Shown here: one piece after another, positions 59,818-64,000 of the stretch
Position numbering within the stretch: position 1 is the stretch's first letter
Layout: every line of letters begins with the position of its first letter
Origin: Octopus bimaculoides
Lineage: Eukaryota
NCBI RefSeq assembly: GCF_001194135.2
Contig: NC_068987.1
Coordinates: 54,977,268-55,041,267 of the forward strand
Direction: 5' to 3'
DNA: 64,000 nucleotides
Notes under the pieces: generated by a model
Seen by the model: only the letters and a program-made list of their open reading frames with translations
Told to the model about the DNA's origin: nothing
Database searches by the model: none
Translations under genes and position numbers: made by a program

Positions 59818-61340
59818 GTAAGTTTACCTAATATCATATGCAAGAAATATGGAAATTAGTAACATGAATAAATTGAGAAGCTACAGTTTCAGCTTGGTAA
59901 CTGATGTGATGGAGTTCACAAGGCTATGGTTATTAGTGTCATCACCAAGTAGCAAACATTATTAAAATGTTACACATCTTTCGACAATTCTGTAGTGATT
60001 AGTGAACGAATAATAATGATGATGATTAATAATGTTGTCATAGCATTTAAGTGCCTGAGATGTGTTTGGACGAAGGAATAATGACCACCCCTTTAAATAC
60101 CAACTGACCCAAGCTGATCCTGGTTCTGTGATACAAACTTCCTGTTTCAAAGTGATCTAAATTAAAACCTTCCATCAAAATTCCCTGTTATTTTATGTTC
60201 CAAACATTAATTTAATAATGGAAAAGTTATGTTACCAGATTCTTCATTATTTTCAAAATTAATTGCACCAAAGGGAGTGCATTTCAGCAGGAGTCTGTTA
60301 ACAAAATCTCTAATGACTTATAATCCATTCTATACAGATATGTATATATGTATGAAATTATGTAAGTAAATTGTTTTTTTTTTTCTCTGTATAATATTTT
60401 TATTACTAAGGAGACCAGTTGCAAGAAATAAGGCAAATTCTTTCACAGCTTCCTTTCTCAGAATATAGATCATGAGAAAATTTAGATACTGGTTATATGT
60501 ATGACAAATAACCCAAAATAAACACTGTCCATAAAATTTGAAGCAAAATAGTTGTGTGGATATAGTACTGGACTCCTAACTTGAATGTCTTCAGCTCATT
60601 ATGAAAGGTGATGTGCTTAGTATTCCAAGCCTGTATTCACTTAACTATCAACAATATGGGTGGGCGAAAGAGCATGGTCTGGTGGTTACTGCATTGCACT
60701 CAGGATTGCAAGATAGTAGTTTCAGTTCCCAGATCAATTGGTGCATTGTGTTCTTGAGAAAAGCACCTAATTTCACATTACTCCATTCCACTAAACTGTG
60801 GCATCTTGTTCAGAGAAATGCTGTGATCTTGGTCACTTTCATGCTTTAGAAACTGGGTAACTGGTTTTATGAGCCTTAGAATGCAAGATAGAAATGTCTA
60901 GGGAACTTGCTATCTGACACCAGCACTAATGAGGTTACCAAAACCTACAACACCGAGATCCCCTTGGATTGAATGGGGCTGTAGAAGAGAGGGAAGTACT
61001 TTTATATTTTGAGATGAAAGGTTAAGGTGAGAGAGAAGGAGCCAAAATAGAACAGGTTTCTTGTAGAGGAGCCACAAAGCTATCCACATTGTAGAGGAGA
61101 GGGTGGAGGTGGTCAGGGTGGAACTAAAAAGCGATAAAAATAGTGACAAGGTGTTGTAATAGAACCTCAAAGTACAAGGCAAGTAGAAGTGAGTGGAGAT
61201 GAGAACTGGAAGTGTCCGTAGGTAGAAGTTGCTATTGTGTATGGGTGAGTGGGAAGTGGTTAGAGTTAAGAGAATGGGCGAGAGAATCTTGCAAGAAACC
61301 TTTTACAGCGTTATGTCACTTGCTATGTAGTGTTTCTTAT

Positions 61341-61391
61341 CTTCTCTTTAGGTATGGCATGTAACTTTTACTTGCCATACCTAAAGAGAAG
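61341..61391. repeat. Perfect 19-bp inverted repeat forming a 51-nt hairpin
   Basis: cttctctttaggtatggca (61341-61359) / tgccatacctaaagagaag (61373-61391), plus 4 further pairs (gtaa/ttac) inside. Confidence 0.9.
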
Positions 61392-61731
61392 GCATACGAG
61401 TTAGATACTAAAATTGTTAATGTACTGAGAAGGGTAAATTTAAATGAACTTAAAAATAAATACAAATTACCATTCTGAACTTTTTTATAAAATTTATTTT
61501 AATAAATTGAATTTTATTAAAAAATTGTTTTATTTGAACAATCTTTTAAGATTTCTTTTATTTTTGGAATTTGGGTGTTTGAAAAAAAAAATTTGAAATG
61601 GAAATAGCTGATAACTCAATGAGGTTAGAAGGAAAGGACAAAGAAATAAGTAGTCTGTTTCAAAAGTATAATATAAATTTAATTGTATAATAGCTTCCTT
61701 TTTGTTTCTTTTCTATTTATGATTTCTTGAA

Positions 61732-61768
<37 letters not shown>

Positions 61769-62989
61769 CATACACACCCACCCACCCTTTCACCAGCCAT
61801 GATTCATATTTGTAGTTCGCTGTAGATTTCAGATCCCTCTCAGCAACTGTGATATTGTTGCAAATTCTGTAATTTGTTCTCAGTTGTTGTTCATTTGCTC
61901 ATAAAGTGTGCTAAACTATTTATGGAATATTTTATTTCATTTATTTATTTCATTTTATTCTGTTACATTTTCTTTTTCTTTTCGTTACTGTGAATCATTG
62001 ATGTTATTTCAAAGAAATTTTGTGGAGGTGAAACAGTGCAATATTTTAAGTACTAGACTTGAAATTTTATACTTGGGTTTATTTTGTACAGAACCCGCTA
62101 AGAATAAAGCAACATTCATCAGAAAATAAAAGAGTCTATATCATAATTGTTAATTCTGTATTGTATTGAGTCAAAAAATGTCACCACACATTTAAAATAC
62201 TTTTATATCACAATAGAATAAAAAGAAAAAAAATAACCTTTTTTTTAAGAAGCAGACTGCATGAGACATGGTTCACCATCAGACAGGCCACACTACTAAA
62301 AACGTTCTGTGGGCTGCAGTTTGCCCATGACTGGTGTAAACCCCGAACTGTAGTTAAATGAAGGCTTAATGTAAATTAACAGACGTTTTTAATAATTTCT
62401 CATGTAAAGAACAAAGTGGCTGAGTCAGAGCATTGAACAGAATGCTTTATGGTAATTGTTTTGACTCTATGTAATCTGAGTTAAAACTCTGCTAAGACCT
62501 ACTTTGTTTTCATCCTTTCAGGGTTGGGGAAAAAAAAATAAAACAAAAAAAAGATACCTGTCCAAGATGGTGGATTGATGGAACTGTAAGAACTTCATAG
62601 TATTCATTTCAACTCGTTGTGTTCCAAGTTCAAATCCTACCATAGCCTACTTTGAATGATTGACTTAAACTGTTACCCAGTTTAACAATGCCACTTGGTA
62701 CCTCAAGGGCCTTTAACAGAGTTCACTTTGTTGCAAGCATTGTGCTCAGTTTTGATACCTTCCTCCCTTCCAAAACTCTTGGAAGCCTTGTAATAGGTTA
62801 TGGTCTCATTCATCCTTCCTTCGTGACTAAAGAAAAAAGGGGTGGGGCAGATATTTTTTAAGGAAGAGTCAGTTGGTTATACTAACCATAGTATTCGACT
62901 GGTACTTAGTGCCTCCAGAAAAATTAAAGGTAAATTTGACTTTGGCCATGTTCAAACTTGAAATGTAAAGAAGTAGACTGCGGTATTGG

Positions 62990-63087
62990 CATGCCTGTGT
63001 AGTTAGGAAACTTGCTTTCCATTCACAGAGCTCTGGATCCAGTCTTGAACAAGTGTCTTCTACTATAGACCTTAGTTGACCATAGAC

Positions 63088-63134
<47 letters not shown>

Positions 63135-63380
63135 TGAGCGAGTTGGTGGATCTTCATTTTGACATCACATGATAGGTGTGAATGAAACAAATGGTACATT
63201 GGTACCCTTTGTTTCCAATCTTCTGTGAAGGCATATCTGGTCATTGGCAAATATCATCATATTTGGAAAGAGGTAAGGTTGGTGCCTGGAAGGACATTTA
63301 GCCATGGGAAATATTCAACAAATTCTGTTTGACCTATGCAAGTATGAAGAAGTGGACATTTAACTGACGATGATAATGAA
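62990..63380 (+). mobile_element. Family D2 SINE, old
   Basis: Head, (TG)n(TGCG)n and RTE-type tail. Confidence 0.65.
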
Positions 63381-63679
63381 TTTCTCTGGGGCTTTAATAA
63401 TTCTACTAATCTATCTCACACACCCACCTACCCAGATATTAAAAATGATAAGGTACAAACTAAGATTGAAATTTCCATGATGCAATTTTGCTAAAATGGT
63501 TAACGAAATTAAAATTCAAATTATTGCAAAGCTGCAAACTTGTTAATAAATTGACATGGACCCCCTCTTAATATAAACCATTGTTTTTAAGGAGTTATCA
63601 AGGACTATATTTGTCAATAAATGCATCTATATTTATGCTACATCTTTTATATGCGATCTAATGCCATATATAATAGGGA

Positions 63680-64000
63680 CATGCACGGCTGTGTATAAGA
63701 CATTTGCTTCCTGATCACATGGTTCTGGATTCAGTCCTAGTGTGTGGCACCTTAAGCCTGGGTCAGCCAAGCCTTGTGAGTGGACTTGGTTGATGGAAAC
63801 TAAAAAGCCCATCTGTGTGTGTGTGTGTGTGTACAAGTGTGTGCATGTGTGTATTTGTGTCTCCTTGGCTTGACATGACATGGTAGATGTAAATGAGTAT
63901 TACTGTCATACCAGCATTACTATGCATTTCTAATATTCTTTGAGAATATGTCTGGCCATGGGGAAATATTACCTTGCTTGGAAACAGGTGAAGGTTGGCA
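63680..64000 (+). mobile_element. Family D2 SINE running off the window end
   Basis: Head gcacggctgtgtataag..., (TG)n, ...ggaaacaggtgaaggttggca. Confidence 0.75.

Noticed and set aside
60910-61320. Possible CR1/L2-type LINE C-terminus on the minus strand
   Set aside because: Only a vague YFYRF similarity among many stops; cannot be assigned without a search.

Overview
AT-rich eukaryotic DNA with eight N-gaps. Most likely an octopus (cephalopod) draft assembly, inferred from its tRNA-derived SINEs, RTE tails, TTAA MITEs and dense (CA)n/(TA)n/(CT)n repeats. No intact long ORF is present; the long ORFs in the track are gap, microsatellite or antisense artefacts. The window reads as a CpG-retaining promoter-like zone (~1.5-3.1 kb) followed by ~60 kb of CpG-depleted, repeat-filled sequence, probably introns of one plus-strand gene. 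I found several exon-shaped segments but could not identify that gene. Recognisable protein relics: a mariner transposase (9-515), RTE-clade reverse transcriptase (41864-43450 and 28780-29180) and a Penelope-like GIY-YIG C-terminus (23830-23954). The most interesting signals are RNA-structural: a ~150-bp palindrome at 45640-45793 that resolves into two head-to-head type I hammerhead-ribozyme motifs with compensatory stem changes; a CpG-decayed hammerhead at 24360-24446 ending the Penelope-like relic; and several local inverted duplications, including a perfect 77-bp inverted repeat that makes one retroposon chimeric. Coordinates of degenerate repeats are approximate. Family names come from recalled consensus features, not database searches.
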